Virus record (IMG/VR): IMGVR_UViG_3300032218_002454
Coordinates: 1-26,825 of that record
Length of the DNA stretch: 26,825 nt
DNA from: a virus
Lineage: Duplodnaviria > Caudoviricetes
Strand: one strand, 5' to 3'
Positions 1 through 7,024 of this stretch are shown here, piece by piece. The notes under the pieces are model-generated. The model was given only the letters and a program-made list of their open reading frames with translations, was not told where the DNA came from and did no database searches. Each line of letters begins with the position of its first letter. The stretch's first letter is position 1. Made by a program: the position numbers and the translations under genes.

Positions 1-1
1 A

Positions 2-331
2 ACACTTAAGAACAATTATACGCTTCTTTGGGATATGCCTAGCAATCGTGGTTATATTAATATTGTTGCAGTTATGCAAAAGTTCTTTGATCAAGCGATT
101 TCTGGAAACTGGTCCTATAATCCAGAAAATTATCCCAATAATGAAGTTCCTGTTAGCGTAATGGCACAGGATTTGTTGACTACATATAAGTATGGTTGGA
201 AAACCAGTTATTACCAAAATACTTATGATATTAAGACAGATGAAATGGTAGAATCCAAATCACCTGTTGATGATTTAATTAACGACATTTTGAATTCGGG
301 AGAAGAAGATTGTGAGTCTTGTAAGATTTAA
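2..331 (+). CDS. nrdA: Class Ia ribonucleotide reductase alpha subunit, 3' fragment (runs off the window start)
   Basis: The frame is open from base 2. It has QKFFDQAISGNWSY, YGWKTSYYQ and the C-terminal redox pair CESCKI, and lies directly upstream of nrdB. Confidence 0.97.
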   Translation, partial: TLKNNYTLLWDMPSNRGYINIVAVMQKFFDQAISGNWSYNPENYPNNEVPVSVMAQDLLTTYKYGWKTSYYQNTYDIKTDEMVESKSPVDDLINDILNSGEEDCESCKI

Positions 332-1496
332 AACAAATAGCACGGAGAAAAAAGTGGTTAATCAAATGACCGTTTTCAACTCCCAAGAAGTGGATACCAA
401 AAAACAACCCATGTTTTTTGGTCAACCACTGGGAATTCAAAGATACGATTCTTACAAATATCCAATTTTCGATAAACTAACAACTCAACAATTAGGATAC
501 TTTTGGAGACCTGAGGAGGTTTCTTTACAGAAAGATCGTGGAGATTACCAATCTCTTCGTCCTGAACAAAAACATATCTTTACTTCTAATCTAAAATATC
601 AAGTTATGCTTGATAGCGTCCAAGGTCGTGGACCTGGAATGGCATTTGCTCCCTATTGTTCGCTACCAGAATTGGAAGCATGTATGAAGGTATGGGAGTT
701 TATGGAGATGATTCATTCACGATCCTATACTTACATCATCAAGAATGTATATTCCGATCCTTCGGATGTATTTGATACGATTCTTAAAGATGATCGTATT
801 CTTGAACGCGCTGTGAGTGTAACGGAAGCATATAATGATTTCATTAATGGTGCTCAACACTATGGGACTTCTGAACTTTGGAAACATGCCCAAGAACAAG
901 TTCCCTTCGCACAGGCAGAAAGATATGAACTCAAACGCAAACTTTTCAGAGCAGTTGCAAACGTTAATATTCTTGAAGGTATTCGCTTTTACGTCAGTTT
1001 CGCTTGCAGTTTTGCATTTGGCGAACTCAAACTTATGGAAGGAAGTGCAAAAATAATTGGATTGATTGCTCGTGATGAGAATCAGCATCTAGTTATCACT
1101 CAGAATATTCTCAACAAGTGGAAAGAAGGTGATGATCCTGAGATGCAAAGAATTGCCAAAGAAGAAGAGCATTGGGTTTATAAGACTTTTGAAAATGCTG
1201 TAAATCAAGAAAAACTTTGGGCAGAGTATTTGTTCAAGGATGGTTCTATGATTGGACTAAATGATAAACTTCTTCAGCAATATGTTGAGTGGATTGCAAA
1301 TCGTCGTATGAAATCGATTGGTCTTCGTCCTCTTTATGATATTCCAGCAAAGAACAATCCACTTCCTTGGACGGAGCATTGGATTAGTTCCAAAGGTCTT
1401 CAAGTGGCACCTCAAGAAACGGAGGTTGAAAGTTATATTATTGGTGGAATCAAGCAAGACGTTACAAAAGATTCCTTTGCAGGATTTCAACTTTGA
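312..1496 (+). CDS. nrdB: Class Ia ribonucleotide reductase beta subunit
   Basis: Motifs FWRPEEV, EMIHSRSY, LEGIRFYVSF, RDENQH and APQETEVESY. The GTG start overlaps the nrdA end; a later ATG near 366 is possible. Confidence 0.98.
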   Translation: MSLVRFKTNSTEKKVVNQMTVFNSQEVDTKKQPMFFGQPLGIQRYDSYKYPIFDKLTTQQLGYFWRPEEVSLQKDRGDYQSLRPEQKHIFTSNLKYQVMLDSVQGRGPGMAFAPYCSLPELEACMKVWEFMEMIHSRSYTYIIKNVYSDPSDVFDTILKDDRILERAVSVTEAYNDFINGAQHYGTSELWKHAQEQVPFAQAERYELKRKLFRAVANVNILEGIRFYVSFACSFAFGELKLMEGSAKIIGLIARDENQHLVITQNILNKWKEGDDPEMQRIAKEEEHWVYKTFENAVNQEKLWAEYLFKDGSMIGLNDKLLQQYVEWIANRRMKSIGLRPLYDIPAKNNPLPWTEHWISSKGLQVAPQETEVESYIIGGIKQDVTKDSFAGFQL

Positions 1497-1499
1497 TAG

Positions 1500-1525
1500 A
1501 GAGGGTCTTCGGACCCTCTTTTTTT
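1500..1525 (+). terminator. Intrinsic terminator with a UUCG tetraloop
   Basis: AGAGGGTC-TTCG-GACCCTCT followed by a T run, a typical T4-like C(UUCG)G hairpin. Confidence 0.93.
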
Positions 1526-1532
1526 ATAAATA
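1525..1532 (+). promoter_or_regulatory. T4-type late promoter
   Basis: Exact TATAAATA about 26 nt upstream of ATG 1559. Confidence 0.8.
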
Positions 1533-1558
1533 TCTGTAGTAATTCCATAAGTATTAAA

Positions 1559-2491
1559 ATGTTGCCACCAGATATTAGAGGTTTACAAGAAGCATATCAA
1601 AATGTTTACGAAGAATCGGATCTTTTAACCGATGATTTGATTGAAGAAATTGTAGAAGAACTCGTCAACGAATGTTTAGAATTTGGATATGAGTTGGATG
1701 AAGCAGCAGATCTGGTAGAAGATGCAGCGACTGAATATTTAATGGAACTTAATCCATATGCCCCCGCTGGATCGAGAGCAGCAAAGGCATATAATAAATC
1801 AACTACTGCTACAAAGCGTGGTGAGGCACGTAAGGCAGCAGTTAAAGGCGCTGTGAATCGTGTAACAGCAAAGGCAAGGGGCATTAAGGCAGGTGTTGAA
1901 ATTGCAGGTTCAATCGCCAAGGACGAGGCAAGAAGAGCAGGACGTGGCGCTCTTCATGCAGTTGGCAAAGCTGCTAGTGCTGTTGCAAGTGCTCCTGGTA
2001 AGGCAGTTACAGCGGTCACAGACGCTGCTAGAGCGAAGAAGGCAGAAGTTAAGCAGGGCGTTAAGAGTCTACTTGGAAGGGGTCTCCGTAAGGCAGCAGG
2101 CGCTGCTGGTGTAGTTGCTCAAAAGGCACGTAAGGCAGGTGCTGCTGCTGGTAGAGCTGCTGAAAGACTTGGAGAAGAGGCAGATCTCTTTGATTACATT
2201 CTTGAGCATCTTGTATCTGAAGGATATGCAGATACTAATGAGAATGCTTTAGTTATTATGGCAAACATGAGCGAAGAATGGAGAGAGGAAATTTTAGGAC
2301 AACTTGATGAAGATCAAAAACCTCTTCCAACTCAAAAAATGCAGAATAGAAGATATTATGTTCATATGAAGACTGGTGAAGCTGCTGGTAGTCCTAACAA
2401 TGAGAGAATTGGACAGGTTTTGGATGCACATAAAAAGGATCCAGAAGGTGAGGCAGCAAAAGCAAGAGTAAAGTCAAAATACAGAGGTTGA
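1559..2491 (+). CDS. Late, probably virion-internal cyanophage protein with an Ala/Lys/Gly/Arg-rich core
   Basis: Start moved to ATG 1559, downstream of the terminator and late promoter. LQEAYQNVYEE and FDYILEHLVSEGYADTNENALVIMANMSEEW resemble a family I recall from cyanomyoviruses. Confidence 0.6.
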   Translation: MLPPDIRGLQEAYQNVYEESDLLTDDLIEEIVEELVNECLEFGYELDEAADLVEDAATEYLMELNPYAPAGSRAAKAYNKSTTATKRGEARKAAVKGAVNRVTAKARGIKAGVEIAGSIAKDEARRAGRGALHAVGKAASAVASAPGKAVTAVTDAARAKKAEVKQGVKSLLGRGLRKAAGAAGVVAQKARKAGAAAGRAAERLGEEADLFDYILEHLVSEGYADTNENALVIMANMSEEWREEILGQLDEDQKPLPTQKMQNRRYYVHMKTGEAAGSPNNERIGQVLDAHKKDPEGEAAKARVKSKYRG

Positions 2492-2505
2492 TATAAAACT
2501 CACAT

Positions 2506-2537
2506 AAAAAAGCACCCTCTTGACAGGGTGCTTTTTT
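2506..2537. terminator. Bidirectional intrinsic terminator
   Basis: AAAAAAGCACCCT-CTTGAC-AGGGTGCTTTTTT. Confidence 0.9.
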
Positions 2538-2548
2538 ATTGCTATAAT
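2520..2548 (+). promoter_or_regulatory. Sigma70-type early promoter
   Basis: TTGACA (2520-2525), 17 bp, TATAAT (2543-2548): a perfect consensus. Confidence 0.9.
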
Positions 2549-2596
2549 CGCTTTGCTAGCGTTGAAGATAAATAATAGCTCATAAGATTACTTTAT

Positions 2597-3046
2597 ATGA
2601 GCTATGAAAACCCTTGGATATACTCTGGAGAAGTATTTGAGTCTTCTCATATTCAAGATTGGTTTGGTTTTGTTTATCATATTTACTGTCCTACAACTGG
2701 TCGTAGTTACATTGGTAGGAAATATTTCTGGGCATATCGCACACCAAAAGGCAAATCTAGAAGAGTTAAACAAGAGTCTGATTGGCAAAAATACTACGGA
2801 TCTTGTCCAGAACTCAAAGAAGATGTAAAGAAATACGGTAAAGAAAGTTTTGAAAGAAAAATATTAAGTCTTCATAAAACCAAAGGTGACTGTAACTATG
2901 AAGAAACAAAACAACTTTTTTTAAATAATGTTTTAAAGGAATCTCTTGACAACGGCATTCCAGCGTACTACAATAGCAATATTCTAGGACGCTACATGCG
3001 AAAAGATTATGGTAACTTTGGAACAAACTCTTCGCCAAACACATGA
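2597..3046 (+). CDS. GIY-YIG family endonuclease (stand-alone, EndoII/Seg-like)
   Basis: GFVY...YIGRK, YYGS, a conserved E (NYEE) and YYN, matching the GIY-YIG catalytic domain. Confidence 0.85.
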   Translation: MSYENPWIYSGEVFESSHIQDWFGFVYHIYCPTTGRSYIGRKYFWAYRTPKGKSRRVKQESDWQKYYGSCPELKEDVKKYGKESFERKILSLHKTKGDCNYEETKQLFLNNVLKESLDNGIPAYYNSNILGRYMRKDYGNFGTNSSPNT

Positions 3047-3185
3047 TTGGGCAATTGATCGGATTCATATTCTCTCTGAAGAAAATATTGATAATGCCCA
3101 TGCAATTCAATCAGAGTTTAGTGAATGGTTAAATCCAGATATTCCAGATCATGATATTTTCTCATTAGAATATATTAACGAATGA
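3009..3185 (+). CDS. Small acidic hypothetical protein (58 aa, not in the ORF track)
   Basis: MVTLEQTLRQTHDWAIDRIH...FSLEYINE. It fills the gap between its neighbours. Confidence 0.7.
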   Translation: MVTLEQTLRQTHDWAIDRIHILSEENIDNAHAIQSEFSEWLNPDIPDHDIFSLEYINE

Positions 3186-3198
3186 ATAATAAATTTTT

Positions 3199-3888
3199 AT
3201 GCATAATAAGTTATTTCCAGTTTGTGTTATAGATGATTTTTATCACAATCCACATGACGTAAGAGAATTTGCTCTATCTCAAGAATTTTATCCAAATGAA
3301 GACGGAAGATGGCCAGGTTCAAGAACTGAACTAATTTCAAATATTAATCGTGATTTATTTCATCATTTTTGTGATAAAATACTTTCAATTTTTTACAATA
3401 TACATGAAATATCAGATTATGTAATATCTACATCTTTTCAAAAAATTAAACCATTTCATCCAGAAAAAACAAATAAAAATAATAGAGGATTTATTCATCG
3501 GGATGGAGTTTTATTTGGTGGAGTTGTGTATTTGGATTTAATTACAGAAGAAAGAACAGGAACTTCAATATATACACCAAAAAATAAATGGTACTATCAT
3601 AATGAATTGCATATTGATGCAAATAATCTTAAATTTAAAAAATATCAAGGAGAATCTTTAACTGATAAAAATATGTCTACGTGGGATCAAAGCAGAGATC
3701 AATATTATGAATCTGTTAGAATTGAAAACATATTTAATAGATGTATATTATTTGATGGAAATAATCATCATGGAGTTCCTTATTTTGGAACTAAAGAAAG
3801 ATTAACTCAAGTATTTTTTGTAGAAAATTTATCATTTAAAAATCATAAACATTGTAAATATCCATTAGTTAAAAATGATGTTGGGTAA
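3199..3888 (+). CDS. Putative 2OG-Fe(II) oxygenase (DUF6445-like)
   Basis: VIDDFY.NP..VR, WPGSR, an HxD (IHRD), GVVYL, GTSIY, FNR.ILFDG..HH and RLTQVFF. Confidence 0.75.
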   Translation: MHNKLFPVCVIDDFYHNPHDVREFALSQEFYPNEDGRWPGSRTELISNINRDLFHHFCDKILSIFYNIHEISDYVISTSFQKIKPFHPEKTNKNNRGFIHRDGVLFGGVVYLDLITEERTGTSIYTPKNKWYYHNELHIDANNLKFKKYQGESLTDKNMSTWDQSRDQYYESVRIENIFNRCILFDGNNHHGVPYFGTKERLTQVFFVENLSFKNHKHCKYPLVKNDVG

Positions 3889-3891
3889 TTC

Positions 3892-3920
3892 TTGACAAAT
3901 CCTAAATAGTATCTTATTAT
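3892..3920 (+). promoter_or_regulatory. Sigma70-type promoter with a nested late-promoter-like CTAAATA
   Basis: TTGACA (3892-3897), 17 bp, TATTAT (3915-3920); CTAAATA at 3902-3908. Confidence 0.7.
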
Positions 3921-3925
3921 GAGAA

Positions 3926-4040
3926 ATCCCTAACACAGGGATGACATCATGAGAATTTGATGTGATTTTAGAGCCCAGGAAAGTGCCCTCCGAGAGGAGT
4001 GGTGTACCCCCTTTCTATTGGGATGTAGAGTTCAGTAAAA
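3926..4040 (+). ncRNA. Putative structured 5' leader RNA
   Basis: Hairpins ATCCCT/AGGGAT and ACATCA/TGATGT, plus a long arm CCCA-GGAAAG...CTTTCT-TGGG capped by CTCC-GAGA-GGAG. It is GC-rich within an AT-rich context. Confidence 0.5.
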
Positions 4041-4044
4041 CTTA

Positions 4045-4683
4045 ATGCAAAATTTCTTTACAGTAGCCCTGCCTCTTTTGGCATCGGTTACAACCAGTTC
4101 GGCAACACTGCCTGGTTTATTTCCTCCTCCACCATTGAGTGCTCCGCCACCATTTTCAATTATTAAGGAGTTTGAGACCAAGACAGCGACCAAAGAGGTT
4201 GCACAACCAAAGCCAAAAGAAAAAAGGTTAATTTGTAAAGGGTGTAATGAAAATGAAAATGTTGCCCTGAATTATTTTCAGGACATTGGAGTTAAAGACA
4301 GAAACGCCCTTGCTACTATTTTAGGAAATATTAAGCAAGAATCTACATTCGTGCCTAATATTTGTGAAGGTGGTAGTAAAAGGTCCTATTACTCCTGCTG
4401 GGGTGGATATGGACTGATTCAATGGACATCTGCGAATCGTTATTATGGATTGGGTGATTTTGCTAGAAAGTATGGTGGATCTCCATCATCACTCGAAACG
4501 CAACTTCGGTATCTAACAAATGAAGTTCAATGGAAGAGTATTGAAGATAAAATGAAAACTCCTGGAAAATCTATCTACTCTTACATGAATTTTGCTTACG
4601 ATTGGATTGGTTGGGGTCATCATGGTGCTCGAACCTCATATGCCTATGATTATGCTAACCGACTGGTTCAAGTAGAAGTCTAA
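4045..4683 (+). CDS. Secreted lysozyme-fold cell-wall hydrolase (phage tail lysozyme-like domain)
   Basis: Hydrophobic N-terminus and a Pro-rich linker, then ALATILGNIKQES...GYGLIQWT...TQLRYL. Confidence 0.8.
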   Translation: MQNFFTVALPLLASVTTSSATLPGLFPPPPLSAPPPFSIIKEFETKTATKEVAQPKPKEKRLICKGCNENENVALNYFQDIGVKDRNALATILGNIKQESTFVPNICEGGSKRSYYSCWGGYGLIQWTSANRYYGLGDFARKYGGSPSSLETQLRYLTNEVQWKSIEDKMKTPGKSIYSYMNFAYDWIGWGHHGARTSYAYDYANRLVQVEV

Positions 4684-4692
4684 TTATGTTAG

Positions 4693-4712
4693 GGGAGGAA
4701 ACCCTCCCTTTT
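4693..4712 (+). terminator. Intrinsic terminator
   Basis: GGGAGG-AAAC-CCTCCC-TTTT. Confidence 0.75.
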
Positions 4713-4751
4713 CTTGTATATATAAACACATACCTATATTAAAGGAAAATT

Positions 4752-4946
4752 ATGTCAGAAACTGTACAACAAATTGCTGATGCATTTGCAGCATGGCAAA
4801 CTGAAGATGAAAAGTTTGTTGGTGGTAATAATTCGGCTGGAACAAGAGCTCGTAAAGCACTTCAAGAAATTTCCAAACTTGTTAAGGCACGTAGATTGGA
4901 AATTACTGAAGAAAAAAATTCAAGAAAAGAAAATAAAAATTCTTGA
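4752..4946 (+). CDS. Small basic protein, histone-H1-like/Hc1-like family
   Basis: KF..GN.SAGTRARKALQEISKL.K.RR.EI, with an AAGGA RBS. Confidence 0.65.
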   Translation: MSETVQQIADAFAAWQTEDEKFVGGNNSAGTRARKALQEISKLVKARRLEITEEKNSRKENKNS

Positions 4947-4975
4947 ATCTTTATTAAACAAATCATTATTGAAAC

Positions 4976-5551
4976 ATGACTGGAGATTTTATAGATATTC
5001 CAATTTTAGAACATTATTTTATTCCTTCTCAAATGAGCAAAGAAATATGTGATAATATTATTAAAGATTTTTTTGATGAAGAATATTTAGAAAAATCACT
5101 TATTGATAAAAATAAATTTAATTCGAAAATAAGGTCATCTTCTCATAGATGGCTTTATACTGATTCTTGGGTTGCTGGAATGATGGCACACTTTGTATCG
5201 TGTGCAAATAAATCTTTTTTTAATTTTGATTTAGAAAGGTGGCATGATCAGATTCAATTTACAGTCTATCAACCACCAAATGATCAATATAAGTGGCATA
5301 TTGATATGACACAAAAACCAGAAAAAAATTTAATTAGAAAATTAAGTATTGTGATGTGTTTGAGTTCTGAAAGTGATTATGGTGGAGGTGAATTGCAATT
5401 ATTTCACCCAACTAAAAAATGTAAAACTTTTAAACTTGATGCTGGAGATGTAATTGTATTTCCATCAATAGTTTCTCATAGAGTTAAACCTGTAACTTGG
5501 GGAAGAAGGATTTCTTTGGTTGGATGGTATGGCGGTCCTCCTTTTCGATAA
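4976..5551 (+). CDS. 2OG-Fe(II) oxygenase (prolyl-4-hydroxylase-like)
   Basis: YKWHID, RKLSIV, YGGGEL and FPS..SHRVKPVT.G.R.SLVGW. Confidence 0.9.
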   Translation: MTGDFIDIPILEHYFIPSQMSKEICDNIIKDFFDEEYLEKSLIDKNKFNSKIRSSSHRWLYTDSWVAGMMAHFVSCANKSFFNFDLERWHDQIQFTVYQPPNDQYKWHIDMTQKPEKNLIRKLSIVMCLSSESDYGGGELQLFHPTKKCKTFKLDAGDVIVFPSIVSHRVKPVTWGRRISLVGWYGGPPFR

Positions 5552-5578
5552 ATAGGAAAGGAGAGTTCTTCCCCTACC

Positions 5579-5746
5579 ATGTCAATCGCAGCACAAGTAG
5601 TTTCAGAACTATTAGATTGGTCTAGTGATAATCAACTCAAAAATAAATGTAAGTTGGTTCTAAATTCATATTTGTATGAGGAACCAAATTTAACAATTGA
5701 AGAATTAAAAAGAAGTTTAAGAGTATTTCTTCAAGGTCTTGAATGA
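5579..5746 (+). CDS. Small hypothetical protein (55 aa, not in the ORF track)
   Basis: MSIAAQVVSELLDWS...FLQGLE. Its stop overlaps the next ATG (ATGA), and GATAAATA lies upstream. Confidence 0.6.
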   Translation: MSIAAQVVSELLDWSSDNQLKNKCKLVLNSYLYEEPNLTIEELKRSLRVFLQGLE

Positions 5747-6141
5747 ACTTTAATTTTAACTTTGGAAATAAAAAACCAGATATAAAACAATATGCAATCA
5801 TAGGAATTGTATTGAGTTCTATTATTGCAACACTCTCACAATGTACTGGAATGTCCCAAAATAATATTTGGGATTTGCTTGACGAAGTTCAAAGAAAATA
5901 TTTTCCAGGCACAATACTTAATGAGTTTGTGATTAAAGATCCAGAGAAACTTGACCGAAGAATACATCGTGATGTTGATAGAGCAATTGATGATTATTGG
6001 ACACAATCTGGATTATCAAAAGCAGAAGTATCAAAACCACGATACTCAGAGAAACCACCAGATGGGTCTTATGCTCAATCAGTTCTTGGAGGTGAAATGA
6101 GATTATGTGCTCCATGGGTTGACGACTGCCCTAAGGAGTGA
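5743..6141 (+). CDS. Hypothetical membrane-anchored cyanophage protein
   Basis: One hydrophobic segment (YAIIGIVLSSIIATL) and a C-terminal CAPWVDDC. Confidence 0.7.
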   Translation: MNFNFNFGNKKPDIKQYAIIGIVLSSIIATLSQCTGMSQNNIWDLLDEVQRKYFPGTILNEFVIKDPEKLDRRIHRDVDRAIDDYWTQSGLSKAEVSKPRYSEKPPDGSYAQSVLGGEMRLCAPWVDDCPKE

Positions 6142-6147
6142 TATAAT
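6119..6147 (+). promoter_or_regulatory. Sigma70-type promoter for the tRNA cluster
   Basis: TTGACG, 17 bp, TATAAT with an extended TG, 8 nt before tRNA-Arg. Confidence 0.8.
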
Positions 6148-6155
6148 ACTTTCAT

Positions 6156-6229
6156 GTCTCAGTAGCACAGCGGATTAGTGCAACAACCTTCTAAGTTGTG
6201 GGTCGGGGGTTCGAATCCCTCCTGAGACG
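6156..6229 (+). tRNA. trnR: tRNA-Arg(TCT)
   Basis: Acceptor GTCTCAG/CTGAGAC, anticodon arm ACAAC-CTTCTAA-GTTGT, T-loop TTCGAAT; CCA is not encoded. Confidence 0.95.
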
Positions 6230-6253
6230 TTGGAGATTTATTCTCCAAACCAT

Positions 6254-6326
6254 TCCCCACGACCAAGCAAGCGAATGGGCCGAACTGTTAATTCGAGATA
6301 GCTAGGAGCGTTACCTAGGTGGGGAG
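6254..6326 (+). tRNA. trnN: Atypical tRNA-Asn(GTT)
   Basis: Acceptor TCCCCAC/GTGGGGA, discriminator G, anticodon loop CTGTTAA, T-stem CTAGG/CCTAG with a non-canonical loop AGCGTTA. Confidence 0.8.
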
Positions 6327-6373
6327 TTCTAACCTCTAAAATATTATAAATAATAATGAGTTGGAGGTTAGAA
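6327..6373 (+). promoter_or_regulatory. RBS-sequestering hairpin with a late promoter in its loop
   Basis: TTCTAACCTCTAA (6327-6339) pairs with TTGGAGGTTAGAA (6361-6373), and TATAAATA at 6345-6352 lies in the loop. Confidence 0.8.
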
Positions 6374-6906
6374 TGTCTGGCAAAAATGTAGTTCAATTTC
6401 GTCAAAGAAGAAAAAAATGGGCAGTTAATGCATTTGGTGGTAAGTGCGGTATTTGTGGGTATGATAAATGTGTTGAAGCATTAGAGTTTCATCATATAAA
6501 TCCCAATCAAAAAGACTTTACTCCATCAGCATCCGTAGCAAACAGACAAGTATTTGTTGAAGAACTTAGAAAGTGTGTTTGTTTATGTTCTAACTGTCAT
6601 AGAGAAGTTCACGCAGGAATTACAAATATTCCTAATCAAATTCTTAAATTTGATGAAAGTTTTGCTACTAAACCTTTTCCAGAAAAACCAAAACATCCTT
6701 GTAAAGAATGTGAAAAACCAACTAACATTAATCAGAAATTTTGTTCTGTAAAATGTTCTACTAAAAGCAGAGAAGTTGCTAATTGGCCTAGTAATGAAGA
6801 ATTAAAAATTCTTGTTGATAAAAATGGATATTCTGCTACTGGAAGAATATTTGGTGTTAGTGATAATGCCGTAAGGAAAAGGTTAAAGTCAAAAATGCCC
6901 TTGTAG
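6373..6906 (+). CDS. HNH endonuclease (putative free-standing homing endonuclease) with a C-terminal Zn finger and HTH
   Basis: GGKCGICGY...LEFHH...KCVCLCSNCHREVH, CKEC...FCSVKC and ATGRIFGVSDNAVRK. ATG 6373 follows GGAGG. Confidence 0.9.
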   Translation: MSGKNVVQFRQRRKKWAVNAFGGKCGICGYDKCVEALEFHHINPNQKDFTPSASVANRQVFVEELRKCVCLCSNCHREVHAGITNIPNQILKFDESFATKPFPEKPKHPCKECEKPTNINQKFCSVKCSTKSREVANWPSNEELKILVDKNGYSATGRIFGVSDNAVRKRLKSKMPL

Positions 6907-6969
6907 CTCAGTTGGTAGAGCACGGCTTTTGTAAAGCCGTTGTCGCAAGTTCGAGTCTTGTCGGGGGCT
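6897..6969 (+). tRNA. trnT: tRNA-Thr(TGT)
   Basis: Acceptor GCCCTTG/CGGGGGC, anticodon arm CGGCT-TTTGTAA-AGCCG, T-loop TTCGAGT. Its first 10 nt overlap the HNH ORF end. Confidence 0.95.
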
Positions 6970-6997
6970 TGACATAATACTCATTATGTCTTATACT
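6969..6997 (+). promoter_or_regulatory. Sigma70-type promoter containing a palindrome
   Basis: TTGACA (6969-6974), 17 bp, TATACT (6992-6997). The inverted repeat GACATAAT-ACTC-ATTATGTC spans the spacer. Confidence 0.75.
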
Positions 6998-7024
6998 TCA
7001 TATGTCCGTGTGAAGCGAAGTGCT

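Noticed and set aside
312-1496. Group I intron or intein in nrdB, as in T4
   Set aside because: The ORF is continuous, of normal length, and has all motifs in order.
1493-1558. N-terminal extension of the 332-aa ORF
   Set aside because: It runs through the nrdB terminator and the late promoter; ATG 1559 is the more plausible start.
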